The notes beneath the pieces were generated by a model that was given only the letters and a program-made list of their open reading frames with translations, had not been told where the DNA came from and did not search any database. Position numbers and translations under genes: made by a program. Of a stretch of DNA of 41,747 bases, positions 26,715-39,555 are shown one piece after another. Position 1 is the stretch's first letter, and the number at the start of each line of letters is the position of its first letter. The DNA is from Polyangiaceae bacterium (GTDB lineage Bacteria; Myxococcota_A; Polyangia; Polyangiales; Polyangiaceae): assembly GCA_044222475.1 (NCBI GenBank), contig JBGANF010000068.1:1-41747 (forward strand), given 5' to 3'.

Positions 26715-27911
26715 ATGCGATTCGCGCTCCTTCATCGCCACGCCTCGGCGGGCTTCTTCCTCGGTTTCCTTGGGCTTTTTGGCGCGGGGTGCGCAGCCGC
26801 GCCCGCCCCGAAGCCGATCGCCCCCACGGCGATCACCGTCCGGCACCAAATCGTCGGGGACGAGGTCGAAGGTACGGAAGAGGAGCTCCTCCTCGAGGGC
26901 GAGTCCGCGCTGGTCGCCCAGGACTGGGCGAAGGCGAAGCGCTACCTCGGCGCCCTCGTCGCCGCGGCACCGAAAGACAAGGCCGTGCGCATGCGGGCGA
27001 CCTACGGCCTCGGCATCGCGCTCGATGCGCTCGGCGAGCGAGAGCGCGCGCGCGACATGCTCGCGATCGTCGCGCGCGAGGCCGACGATCCGGTGCAAGC
27101 GCGCGGCTCGCTCGACCGGCTCCTCAACGTGCTCGTCTACCTGGAGGCGTGGAACGATCTCCGCGAGTGGTCCGAGAAGCTCCTCGTGCGCACCGACCTC
27201 GAGCCCATCGACACGATGACCGCGTTCGGCGCGCGCGCGCTCGCGAGGGTCGAGCTCGGTGACGTGGAAGGCGCGAGCCGCGACATCCAGAAAGGTCTCG
27301 ACGTCGTGGACGAGCAGCGCGTGGGCTCGGGCGGCGCGATGCCGATCGCCGCCGCGCAGCTGCGGTTCGCGCTCGGCGAGGTGCGCCGCATCGACTCGGA
27401 GAAGATCCTGCTCCAACCCGTGACCGACGACTTCGTCGCGCGCATCAGCGCCCGCTGCGAGGCCTTGCTCATGGCGCAGAGCGCCTACGCCGACGCGATG
27501 CGCTCCGAGGATCCGCACTGGGCGACGATGGCCGGCTACCGCGTCGGCCAGATGTACCGCACGCTCCACCGCGAGCTCATGGCGATCCCGCCGGACCGCG
27601 CGAAGAGCGATCACCAGAAGCAGGTCTTCTACGGGATCATGCACGTGCGTTACCGCGCCTTGCTCGACAAGGGGATCGAGATGCTGCGGCGCACGCTCGT
27701 CACCGCCGACCGCATCGGCGACACGACGCCGTGGGTCGCGCGCGCCAAGGCCGACAAGGCCGAGATGGAAGCCGCGCTCGACGAAGAGAAGAAGACGCTC
27801 GCGACGTTCCCGTTCACCGAAGCGGAGATCGAGCGATCGCTTCAGATGATGCAGGACGACGAGAAGAAGAAGGCGCAAGCCGCCGCGAACGCGCCGCCCG
27901 CGAAGAAGTGA
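26715..27911 (+). CDS. TPR-like alpha-helical lipoprotein
   Basis: Lipobox GAGC and helical repeats (ATYGLGIALDALG, FALGEVRR, AGYRVGQMY). Confidence 0.7.
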   Translation: MRFALLHRHASAGFFLGFLGLFGAGCAAAPAPKPIAPTAITVRHQIVGDEVEGTEEELLLEGESALVAQDWAKAKRYLGALVAAAPKDKAVRMRATYGLGIALDALGERERARDMLAIVAREADDPVQARGSLDRLLNVLVYLEAWNDLREWSEKLLVRTDLEPIDTMTAFGARALARVELGDVEGASRDIQKGLDVVDEQRVGSGGAMPIAAAQLRFALGEVRRIDSEKILLQPVTDDFVARISARCEALLMAQSAYADAMRSEDPHWATMAGYRVGQMYRTLHRELMAIPPDRAKSDHQKQVFYGIMHVRYRALLDKGIEMLRRTLVTADRIGDTTPWVARAKADKAEMEAALDEEKKTLATFPFTEAEIERSLQMMQDDEKKKAQAAANAPPAKK

Positions 27912-27938
27912 CGACTCCGATCGTGTAGCGTCGGAGGC

Positions 27939-29279
27939 ATGCGCTGGTTCGGTGCCGCGGTGTTCGTCGTCGTCGCGATGGCGCCGAGGCTCGCGTTCGC
28001 GCAGGACGGCACGCCGTTCTTCGACGACCCGCCTCCCTCGACATCGCGCCTCCCACCCACGACACCAGCTCCTGTTTCGACCGTCCCGGAACCCGATCCC
28101 GCGACCGACCTGCCTGAGGATCCGGGTCAGCCGTTCGGACGGCGCGGGTCGTTCGTCGTGACCAGCACCGCGGGCGCAGGGATCGACGGAAGCTTCTACA
28201 CGCACAGCGAAGCGACGAGGGTCGGCTTCACGATCGCGCCGGAGCTCGATTACTTCTTCGCCCGCAACGTTTCGATCGGCGTGACGACGACTTTCTCCTA
28301 CGGCGTCGGTCGCGGTTACGGAGCGGACTACTCCCTCGTCGAGACGCGATCGAGCGGCGTCTACGTGGGGCCCAAGCTCGGCGTGAACCTGCGCATCGGC
28401 GACCGGTTTTCGTTCTACCCGAACGTGAGCTTCGGCATCGAGTGGCGGCACCGCGAGCAAGAGCTCGTCCGCGGCGGATCGACGTCGGTGCCGTCGCCGC
28501 TCCCATCGCTCCAAACGACGCAGACGGGTTTCTGGATCGAAATCGCCGCACCACTCCTCTTCCACGTGCGATCCAACGCCTTCATTGGCATCGGTCCTTC
28601 GTTCTTCCACGAGTTCGCGCGCGCGACCGGCGGACCCGACGTCGGTGGAGAGCGCACCGGGATCGGCGGCGCGGTGCTGTTCGGCGGTCACTGGGGTGGC
28701 GCGGTCGAACGCACCGTCACTCGTCCCGTGCAGGCGGCGCGCCGATTTGGCGACGGCCATCATCTCGTGGTCGGTGGCGACCTCTCCGCTTCGTACTTCA
28801 GCTACGGTGGCTCCGACTCCACCAACGCGAACGTCTCGATCTACCCTGGCGTCGACTACTTCGTGGGCTATCGCGTCTCACTCGGCGTCGGGGGGAGCTT
28901 TTCGTATTCGTACGCTCGCGGGGTGGATGCGAGCAACGGAGCATCGGTCGCATCGCGATACGTCTTCGGCGGTGGGTCGGTGCGAGTCGGTTACGACGTC
29001 CGCGCGACCGAGTGGCTCTCGATCTACCCGCGAGCCGCGCTGACGCTCGGTGTGGAGTCGTTCGACCTCCGCGAGGGCTCGAGCGGCAATCGGTACTCGG
29101 ACCTCCTGGTCCGCGCGCAGCTCGCCCTTCCACTCCTCTTCCACGTCGCGCCCCACGTCTCCATCGGCTTCGGCCCGTACGTCGCCCAAGACGTCTATCG
29201 GCAGTTCACCCCGACTCGGACCTTGATCCCGATGATGACGACCGTAGGAGGCTCTCTGTATCTCGCCACCTGGCTCTGA
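27939..29279 (+). CDS. Outer-membrane beta-barrel protein with two tandem homologous domains
   Basis: Signal peptide (AFA-Q), alternating beta strands, internal duplication (P.LDYF / PGVDYF; PLLFHV..GIGP / PLLFHV..GFGP) and an aromatic C-terminus LYLATWL. Confidence 0.7.
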   Translation: MRWFGAAVFVVVAMAPRLAFAQDGTPFFDDPPPSTSRLPPTTPAPVSTVPEPDPATDLPEDPGQPFGRRGSFVVTSTAGAGIDGSFYTHSEATRVGFTIAPELDYFFARNVSIGVTTTFSYGVGRGYGADYSLVETRSSGVYVGPKLGVNLRIGDRFSFYPNVSFGIEWRHREQELVRGGSTSVPSPLPSLQTTQTGFWIEIAAPLLFHVRSNAFIGIGPSFFHEFARATGGPDVGGERTGIGGAVLFGGHWGGAVERTVTRPVQAARRFGDGHHLVVGGDLSASYFSYGGSDSTNANVSIYPGVDYFVGYRVSLGVGGSFSYSYARGVDASNGASVASRYVFGGGSVRVGYDVRATEWLSIYPRAALTLGVESFDLREGSSGNRYSDLLVRAQLALPLLFHVAPHVSIGFGPYVAQDVYRQFTPTRTLIPMMTTVGGSLYLATWL

Positions 29280-29410
29280 CCCGTATACGCCCGTTCAGTA
29301 CCGTCGCCATTCGTCAGCTTGGGAGGGGGTTGGCCGTCTCGAAATGAGAGGCCATGGCCCCGATTCCCCTTTCCGCCCACCGCGAAGCCGGCTACTCACG
29401 GCTCCCCACG

Positions 29411-29427
29411 AGCACATCAGGTGCCAA
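29411..29427 (-). promoter_or_regulatory. Sigma54 (-24/-12) promoter with no obvious downstream CDS
   Basis: Minus strand TTGGCACCTGATGTGCT is GG-N10-GC with a perfect TTGGCAC -24 box. Confidence 0.5.
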
Positions 29428-29486
29428 TGTGGTGTCATGGAGGTTTGGCGCGAGGCTCCAAGGCGGCAGCTGGCCGTGCTTTTGCA

Positions 29487-29515
29487 TTGCGGGGTGAGGG
29501 GTCGTGCGCTAGCCT
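29487..29515 (+). promoter_or_regulatory. Sigma70-type promoter of the tRNA-tuf operon
   Basis: TTGCGG-N17-TAGCCT followed by a GC-rich discriminator (GCGCGCCCC), ~40 nt before the first tRNA. Confidence 0.55.
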
Positions 29516-29553
29516 GCGCGCCCCTTGAGTAGGGAGCGCTCGTCGAGCCGTCC

Positions 29554-29629
29554 GCTGGCGTAGCTCAATCGGTAGAGCACCGGTTTTGTAAACCGGTGGT
29601 TAGGGGTTCAAGTCCCCTCGCCAGCTCCA
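29554..29629 (+). tRNA. tRNA-Thr(TGT)
   Basis: Acceptor GCTGGCG/CGCCAGC, anticodon arm CCGGT-TTTGTAA-ACCGG, GTTCAAG T-loop, encoded CCA. Confidence 0.95.
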
Positions 29630-29688
29630 CCGAACTCGTCTCACTGACTTAGGAAATACCGATCGCAAGAGCTTGAACGAAATAGTCC

Positions 29689-29773
29689 GGAGGGTTGCCC
29701 GAGCGGCCAAAGGGAGCAGACTGTAAATCTGCCGGCTATGCCTTCGGTGGTTCGAATCCACCACCCTCCACCA
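29689..29773 (+). tRNA. tRNA-Tyr(GTA)
   Basis: GGAGGGT/ACCCTCC acceptor, GCAGA-CTGTAAA-TCTGC, long variable arm, encoded CCA. Confidence 0.95.
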
Positions 29774-29844
29774 GCCTCGATCGTTTCGACGATCGACGCT
29801 GTAGCGAGTAACAGAGGAAAGAGGATACCGGTCACCGACCAATC

Positions 29845-29917
29845 GCGGGTGTAGCTCAGTTGGTAGAGCGTCAGCCTTCCAAGCTGAACGTCGCCAGTTC
29901 GAATCTGGTCGCCCGCT
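29845..29917 (+). tRNA. tRNA-Gly(TCC)
   Basis: GCGGGTG acceptor, TCAGC-CTTCCAA-GCTGA, GTTCGAA T-loop. CCA not encoded. Confidence 0.95.
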
Positions 29918-29927
29918 CGAGAGCATT

Positions 29928-29999
<72 letters not shown>

Positions 30000-30061
30000 C
30001 CGGGGAAAGTTGCCCCCACTCCGCCGAAGTTTTCGAAAAGGATCGTTGAGGAGACATCGTC

Positions 30062-31234
30062 ATGGCGAAAGAGAAATTCAACCGGAACAAGCCGCACGTG
30101 AACGTCGGAACGATCGGTCACATCGACCACGGCAAGACGACTCTCACGGCCTCGCTCGTGAAGGTTCAGAGCAAGAAGAACCTGGCCAAGGTCATCTCGT
30201 ACGCCGACATCGCGAAGGGCGGCACCATCCGTGACGCGACGAAGACGGTGACGATCGCCGTCGCGCGTGGAGTACGAGAGCAGACGCGCCACTACGCGCA
30301 CGTCGATTGCCCCGGCCACGCCGAACTACATCCAAAACATGATCACCGGCGCCGCGCAGATGGACGGGCGATCCTCGTCGTCGCGCGCTCGACTCGGTCA
30401 TGCCGCAGGTGAAGGCGCGTGCTTCTCGCTCGCCAGGTCGGTCTCAACCACATCGTCGTCGCGCTCAGCAAGTGTGACGCGGTGGAAAACGCCGAGATGC
30501 TGGACCTCGTCGAGGTCGCGGTCCGCAGGCTCCTCAACAAGTACAAGTTCAACGGCGACGGCGAAGGTCGTGAAGGTCGCTGCGTTCCCGGCGCTCAACG
30601 GCGACCCGAAGTGGGAAGCGTCGATCACGAGCTCGTCGCGGCGCTGGACTCGAGATCCGGAGCCGGTTCACGACATCGACAAGCCGTTCCTGATGGCGAT
30701 CGAGGACGTGTTCTCGATCAAGGGCCGCGGCACGGTCGTCACGGGTCGCGTCGAGCGTCAACGTCGAAGACGGGCGAAGAGGAAGTCGAGATCATCGGCT
30801 TCCGCGACACGCAAGACGACGGTCACCGGCGTCAGATGTTCCGCAAGCCTGCTCGACGAGGGTCGCGCGGGCGACAACATCGGCGTGCTGCTGCGCGGCA
30901 TCGAGAAGAACGACGTCGAGCGGGCAGATCCTCTGCAAGCCGGGCTCCGTGACGCCGCACCAGAGATTCGAGGGCGAGGTCTACGTCCTGAAGAAGGAAG
31001 AGGGCGGTCGTCACGCCGTTCTTCACCTTCCCCGTCACGCAGTTCTACATGCGCACGACGGACGTGACTGGCCTGCCAGCTCCGGAAGGCACCAAGATGG
31101 TGATGCCGGGGGACAACATCAAGATGACGATCGAGCTCATCACGGCGGTGGGTCTCGAGGAGCAGATGCGCTTCGCGATTCGCGAAGGCGGCCGCACCGT
31201 CGGCGCCGGCATCGTCACGAAGATCCTCGAGTAA
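30062..31234 (+). pseudogene. tuf: Elongation factor Tu, multiply frameshifted as given (probably consensus errors rather than a true pseudogene)
   Basis: [46 protein letters not shown] and MVMPGDN...[13 protein letters not shown] lie in different frames. 1173 nt versus ~1190 expected. Confidence 0.9.
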
Positions 31235-31237
31235 CTA

Positions 31238-31390
31238 GTGGGGGAACGGGTCAACGTGACCCTGGTCTGCTCCGAGTGCCAGGCTCGCAACTACAAGACG
31301 ACGAAGCGCACGGATCAGAAGGGGCAGCTCGAGCTCAAGAAGTACTGCCCCACCTGCAAACGCCACACGACGCATAAAGAAACAAAATAG
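31238..31390 (+). CDS. rpmG: 50S ribosomal protein L33 (Zn-ribbon, C+ type)
   Basis: GTG start. [23 protein letters not shown]...[20 protein letters not shown]. Not in the ORF track (50 aa). Confidence 0.92.
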   Translation: MGERVNVTLVCSECQARNYKTTKRTDQKGQLELKKYCPTCKRHTTHKETK

Positions 31391-31449
31391 CGAAACGAAG
31401 TAGCGGAACAAAAGACCCGACCCAGGCATCGACTCAAAGCCTCGAAACC

Positions 31450-31483
31450 CCGCCGCCGACGTGAAAAATCACTCCGGCGGCGG
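31450..31483 (+). terminator. GC-rich hairpin after rpmG (terminator or processing stem)
   Basis: CCGCCGCCG..GTGA-AAAA-TCAC..CGGCGGCGG. No strong U tract follows. Confidence 0.4.
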
Positions 31484-31509
31484 TGGTGCCTGAAGAACCG
31501 GGAAAATTT

Positions 31510-31582
31510 ACGGGTTTAGCTCAGTTGGTAGAGCAGCGGATTCCAAATCCGCAGGTCGTGGGTTCGAGTCCCTCAGCCCGTG
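31510..31582 (+). tRNA. tRNA-Trp(CCA)
   Basis: ACGGGTT/AGCCCGT acceptor, GCGGA-TTCCAAA-TCCGC. Canonical position before secE. Confidence 0.95.
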
Positions 31583-31627
31583 CAACTCTCCCAAACCCCC
31601 TCTCACGCAGAAACGCAGAAACGCAAA

Positions 31628-32347
31628 ATGGCCACCGACGACGAAGTCGAAAAGAAGGAAGCGGAAGACTCCTCCGAAGAAGAATCGGAAGAGGAAGAAG
31701 CGTCCTCTGACGACGGCACGGACGAGGAGTCCGAGCCGAAGGCCGACGCGCGCGCGGACGAAGAAGAGGAAGAGGACGAAGACGAAGAAGAGGAAGAGGA
31801 AGCGCCGAAGAAGGCCGAGCCGAAGAAGGCCGAGCCCAAGAAGGCGGTCGCGAAGGCGAGCAAGAAAGCCGACGACGACGAAGACGATGCGAAGGACGCC
31901 AAGGACGAAGCGGCCAAGGAGAAGTCGGACGAGTCCGACATCCCGAGCCAGCTCGGTCACCGTCGCTACGTCTACGCCGCCTACCTCGCCGCGACGATCG
32001 CGGCCGCGTTCGTCCTCACGAAGGCTCTCGACTTCGGCTGGTTCAAGCTCTCGGCGTGGAAGCCCGAGTGGTTCATGACCATCGGCATCGAGCCCCGCGA
32101 CGAGATCATCGTCCCCGTCGGCGTCGCCCTCGCCGTCGTCCTCGGCATCCGCTACTGGCGCGACCTCAAGGTCCGCACGATGGCGGAAGAGGTCGCGGAG
32201 GAGCTCACGAAGGTCACCTGGCCGACGCGCGACGAAGTCACCAACTCCACCACCGTCGTCATCATCACGACGATCTTTGCAACCATCTTCTTCGCGCTCA
32301 TGGACCAGTTCTGGTTGTGGGTCACGAAGCACGTTTACGGGTCTTGA
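31628..32347 (+). CDS. secE: Preprotein translocase subunit SecE (3 TM) with long acidic N-terminal extension
   Basis: EVAEELTKVTWPTRDEV..ST.VV motif. Sits between tRNA-Trp and nusG. Confidence 0.9.
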   Translation: MATDDEVEKKEAEDSSEEESEEEEASSDDGTDEESEPKADARADEEEEEDEDEEEEEEAPKKAEPKKAEPKKAVAKASKKADDDEDDAKDAKDEAAKEKSDESDIPSQLGHRRYVYAAYLAATIAAAFVLTKALDFGWFKLSAWKPEWFMTIGIEPRDEIIVPVGVALAVVLGIRYWRDLKVRTMAEEVAEELTKVTWPTRDEVTNSTTVVIITTIFATIFFALMDQFWLWVTKHVYGS

Positions 32348-32356
32348 GGAGTCGTC

Positions 32357-32890
32357 ATGGCGAAGAAGTGGTACGTCATCCAAACCTACTCCGGGTTCGA
32401 GAACAAAGTTCGCGAGGCCCTGCAGCAGCGCATTCGCGAGCACAACAAAGAGGAGCACTTCGGCGAGATCCTCATCCCGACGGAGACGGTCACCGAGAAC
32501 CGCGCCGGCGGTAAGCAGCGCGTTCGCCAGAAGAACAGCTTCCCCGGCTACATCTTCGTCGAGATGGACATGAGCGAGGATGCTTGGCACCTCGTCAAGG
32601 ACACCCCGAAGGTCACCGGCTTCATCGGCAACCAGCGCCCGCAGGAAGTGAAGCCGCCGCAGATCGACGACCTCCGCAAGATCATCGTCGAAGGCGCAGT
32701 GAAGCCGAAGCCGCGCGTCTCGTTCGAGGCCGGCGACGAAATCCGCGTGATCGACGGCGCGTTCGCCAACTTCAGCGGCACCGTCGAAGAAGTGAAGCCC
32801 GACAAGCAGAAGCTCCGCGTCAAGGTCAGCATCTTCGGCCGCGCCACCCCGGTCGAGCTCGACTTCGCCCAGGTCGAGAAACGCGCCTGA
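32357..32890 (+). CDS. nusG: Transcription termination/antitermination factor NusG
   Basis: [24 protein letters not shown] region [19 protein letters not shown]. Confidence 0.98.
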   Translation: MAKKWYVIQTYSGFENKVREALQQRIREHNKEEHFGEILIPTETVTENRAGGKQRVRQKNSFPGYIFVEMDMSEDAWHLVKDTPKVTGFIGNQRPQEVKPPQIDDLRKIIVEGAVKPKPRVSFEAGDEIRVIDGAFANFSGTVEEVKPDKQKLRVKVSIFGRATPVELDFAQVEKRA

Positions 32891-32987
32891 ACCCCAAATT
32901 TTGACAAACCCACCATTCGCAATCAGAAACCCGCGCAACCACTACGACCGTCGGCAGCATTGACGAGCCCGTAGGAGCAGAATCCCC

Positions 32988-33428
32988 ATGAAGAAGATCA
33001 CTGGATACGTAAAGCTTCAGCTCCCCGCCGGTAAGGCGAACCCCGCTCCGCCCGTCGGTCCTGCGCTCGGCGCACAGGGCGTGAACATCATGCAGTTCTG
33101 CAAGGAGTTCAACGCCAAGACCGCCGGCGGCGACATGATCATCCCCGTGGTGATCACGGTCTACTCGGACCGGTCGTTCACCTTCATCATGAAGACCCCG
33201 CCGGTCAGCATCCTTCTCAAGAAGGCGGCCGGGCTCTCCACCGGCAAGAAGCCGGGCTCGGGCTCGAAGGAGCCGAACAAGAACAAGGTCGGCAAGGTCA
33301 CCGAAGCTCAGGTGAAGGAGCTCGCCAAGTCCAAGATCCAGGACATGAACACCACCGATCTCGAAGCTGCCATGCGCACCGTGCGCGGAACCGCGCGCAG
33401 CATGGGGATCGACGTCGTCGCCAAGTAA
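32988..33428 (+). CDS. rplK: 50S ribosomal protein L11
   Basis: [34 protein letters not shown]. Confidence 0.98.
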   Translation: MKKITGYVKLQLPAGKANPAPPVGPALGAQGVNIMQFCKEFNAKTAGGDMIIPVVITVYSDRSFTFIMKTPPVSILLKKAAGLSTGKKPGSGSKEPNKNKVGKVTEAQVKELAKSKIQDMNTTDLEAAMRTVRGTARSMGIDVVAK

Positions 33429-33509
33429 CCGTCAGAGGAAGTTTCGACCACCACCCGGAGAAGTCTGCCGGTCCATGGTGGGAGATCGTGAAGATCGAAT
33501 AGGAGGAAA

Positions 33510-34220
33510 ATGCCGAAGGTCTCGAAGAATCGCGCAAAGGTCGACAGCATCGTCGACACCACGCGCAAGTACAGCGTCGAAGAGGCGTGCTCTCTGGTCA
33601 AGAAGGCCAAGTTCGCCAAATTCGACGAGACGGTCGACATCGCGGTTCGTCTGGGCGTGAATCCAAAACACGCCGATCAGATGGTCCGTGGTGCGATCGT
33701 GTTGCCGCACGGCACCGGACAGTCCGTCAAGGTGCTCGTATTCGCCAAGGGCGAAAAGGACCGTGAGGCCCGTGAGGCCGGAGCCGACCACGTCGGCGCC
33801 GACGACATGGTGGCCAAAGTGTCCGAAGGCTTCATGGACTTCGACCGTGTCATCGCGACGCCCGACATGATGGGCGCCGTCGGTAAGCTCGGTCGTGTGC
33901 TCGGCCCGCGTGGTCTCATGCCGAACCCCAAGGTCGGCACCGTGACCTTCGACGTCGGGACCGCAGTCCGCGAAGCCAAAGGCGGCAAGGTCGAGTATCG
34001 CGTCGAGAAGGCTGGCATCGTCCACGCTCGCATCGGCAAGTGCTCGTTCAGCGAGACGGCGTTGTCCGACAACGCTGGCGCCATCATTCAGGCCCTCGTC
34101 AAGGCCAAGCCCTCCACGGCCAAGGGAACCTACCTCCGGAGCATCACCGTCAGCTCGACGATGGGCCCCGGCGTCAAGGTCGACCCCGGTCCGTACATGG
34201 GCGTCACCGAGGAGGGTTGA
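33510..34220 (+). CDS. rplA: 50S ribosomal protein L1
   Basis: [34 protein letters not shown]. Confidence 0.98.
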   Translation: MPKVSKNRAKVDSIVDTTRKYSVEEACSLVKKAKFAKFDETVDIAVRLGVNPKHADQMVRGAIVLPHGTGQSVKVLVFAKGEKDREAREAGADHVGADDMVAKVSEGFMDFDRVIATPDMMGAVGKLGRVLGPRGLMPNPKVGTVTFDVGTAVREAKGGKVEYRVEKAGIVHARIGKCSFSETALSDNAGAIIQALVKAKPSTAKGTYLRSITVSSTMGPGVKVDPGPYMGVTEEG

Positions 34221-34223
34221 TCC

Positions 34224-34751
34224 ATGGAACGCTCCGTCAAAGAGAAACAGATCGGCGAGATCAAAGCTCGCTTCGACAAGATGACCGCAGCGGTCTTCCT
34301 CGACTTCAAGGGGATGACCGTCGAGAGCGCCACGAAGCTTCGTGGTGACTTCCGCAAGGCGGGCGTCGAGTACGTGGTCTGCAAGAACACCCTCGTCAAA
34401 CACGCGGTCAAGGGCACGAGCTACGGCGACAAGCTGGGCAAGGCGCTCGTCGGGATGACCGGCATCGCGTGGAGCTACGAGGATCCGAGCGCGGCGGCCA
34501 AGGTCGTCAAGGCGTTCCGCAAGGAAGCCGGCGACGCGGTCAAGCTCACCGTCAAGGCGGGCGTGATCGACGGCACCGTCATCGACGCGAAAGCGGTCGA
34601 AGAACAACTCGCGACGATGCCTGGCAAGGACGAGCTCCGCGCCAAGCTTCTCGCGACGCTCCAAGCGCCGCTCACTCAGTTCGTTCAGCTCCTCAACGCG
34701 CCCGCGCAGAACTTCGTCTACGTGCTGGCCGCCAAAGAGCAAAAAGGTTGA
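34224..34751 (+). CDS. rplJ: 50S ribosomal protein L10
   Basis: DFKGMTV...LR, VCKNTL, LATMPGKDELRAKLL. Synteny with rplA and rplL. Confidence 0.95.
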   Translation: MERSVKEKQIGEIKARFDKMTAAVFLDFKGMTVESATKLRGDFRKAGVEYVVCKNTLVKHAVKGTSYGDKLGKALVGMTGIAWSYEDPSAAAKVVKAFRKEAGDAVKLTVKAGVIDGTVIDAKAVEEQLATMPGKDELRAKLLATLQAPLTQFVQLLNAPAQNFVYVLAAKEQKG

Positions 34752-34821
34752 TCCGCTGCCCGCCTAGCGGGCCCGCGGTGGAAAATTTTCAAAGTTTGAT
34801 TGTCGATTACGGAGAATGAAA

Positions 34822-35202
34822 ATGGCTGACATTACGCGTGACCAGGTTGTGGACTACCTCTCGAACCTCCCGGTGATCCAGATCGCCGAGCTCATCAAGA
34901 CCCTCGAAGACAAGTGGGGCGTCAAGGCTGCTCCCGCGGCCGTCGCGATGGTCGGTGGGCCCGCGGCTCCGGCCGCGGCGGCGGAAGAGAAGACGGAGTT
35001 CACGGTCGAGCTCGCTGACGCGGGCGCGAACAAGATCAACGTCATCAAGGTCGTCCGCGAAATCACGGGCCTGGGCCTCAAGGAAGCCAAGGACCTCGTG
35101 GAAGCGGCGCCGAAGGCCCTCAAGGAGGGCGTCTCCAAGGCCGAGGCCGACGAGATGAAGAAGAAGCTCGAGGACGCGGGCGCAAAGGTCGCACTCAAGT
35201 AA
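34822..35202 (+). CDS. rplL: 50S ribosomal protein L7/L12
   Basis: [39 protein letters not shown] at 34811. Confidence 0.98.
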   Translation: MADITRDQVVDYLSNLPVIQIAELIKTLEDKWGVKAAPAAVAMVGGPAAPAAAAEEKTEFTVELADAGANKINVIKVVREITGLGLKEAKDLVEAAPKALKEGVSKAEADEMKKKLEDAGAKVALK

Positions 35203-35241
35203 GTGCGAGCCGCACTCCTTATCTTCTGAGTCGCCGAATTC

Positions 35242-35275
35242 GGGGCGGCGGTGGACAGAGTCCACCGTTCGCCCC
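35242..35275 (+). terminator. Strong hairpin in the rplL-rpoB spacer (attenuator/processing-site-like)
   Basis: GGGGCGGCGGTGGAC-AGA-GTCCACCGTTCGCCCC, with outer TCGCC/GGCGA pairing and a pyrimidine-rich tract downstream. Confidence 0.55.
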
Positions 35276-35346
35276 TGGCGACGTTTCCCCACATCATCGT
35301 TTCTCTTTCTCTTCAAGTCCCGTCCTGCCCCCCTCCAGGAGTAGCT

Positions 35347-39483
<4,137 letters not shown>

Positions 39484-39555
39484 GAGCTTCGCGCTCTCCT
39501 CCCCGCTCCCCGGAACCGAAAGATTTCATTCAGTCACTGAGAGAGGAACGAACCG

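Noticed and set aside
29280..29560. Prophage or integrative element at the tRNA cluster
   Set aside because: No integrase, transposase or duplicated tRNA 3' end (att site) is visible in the window.
30062..31234. Programmed frameshifting or recoding in tuf
   Set aside because: There are too many irregular indels plus substitutions at invariant residues, and no slippery-site pattern. This fits sequencing error.
33225..33275. Short insertion in L11 ([15 protein letters not shown])
   Set aside because: From recall, similar Lys-rich insertions occur in other myxobacterial L11 proteins, so it is probably a lineage trait and not novel.
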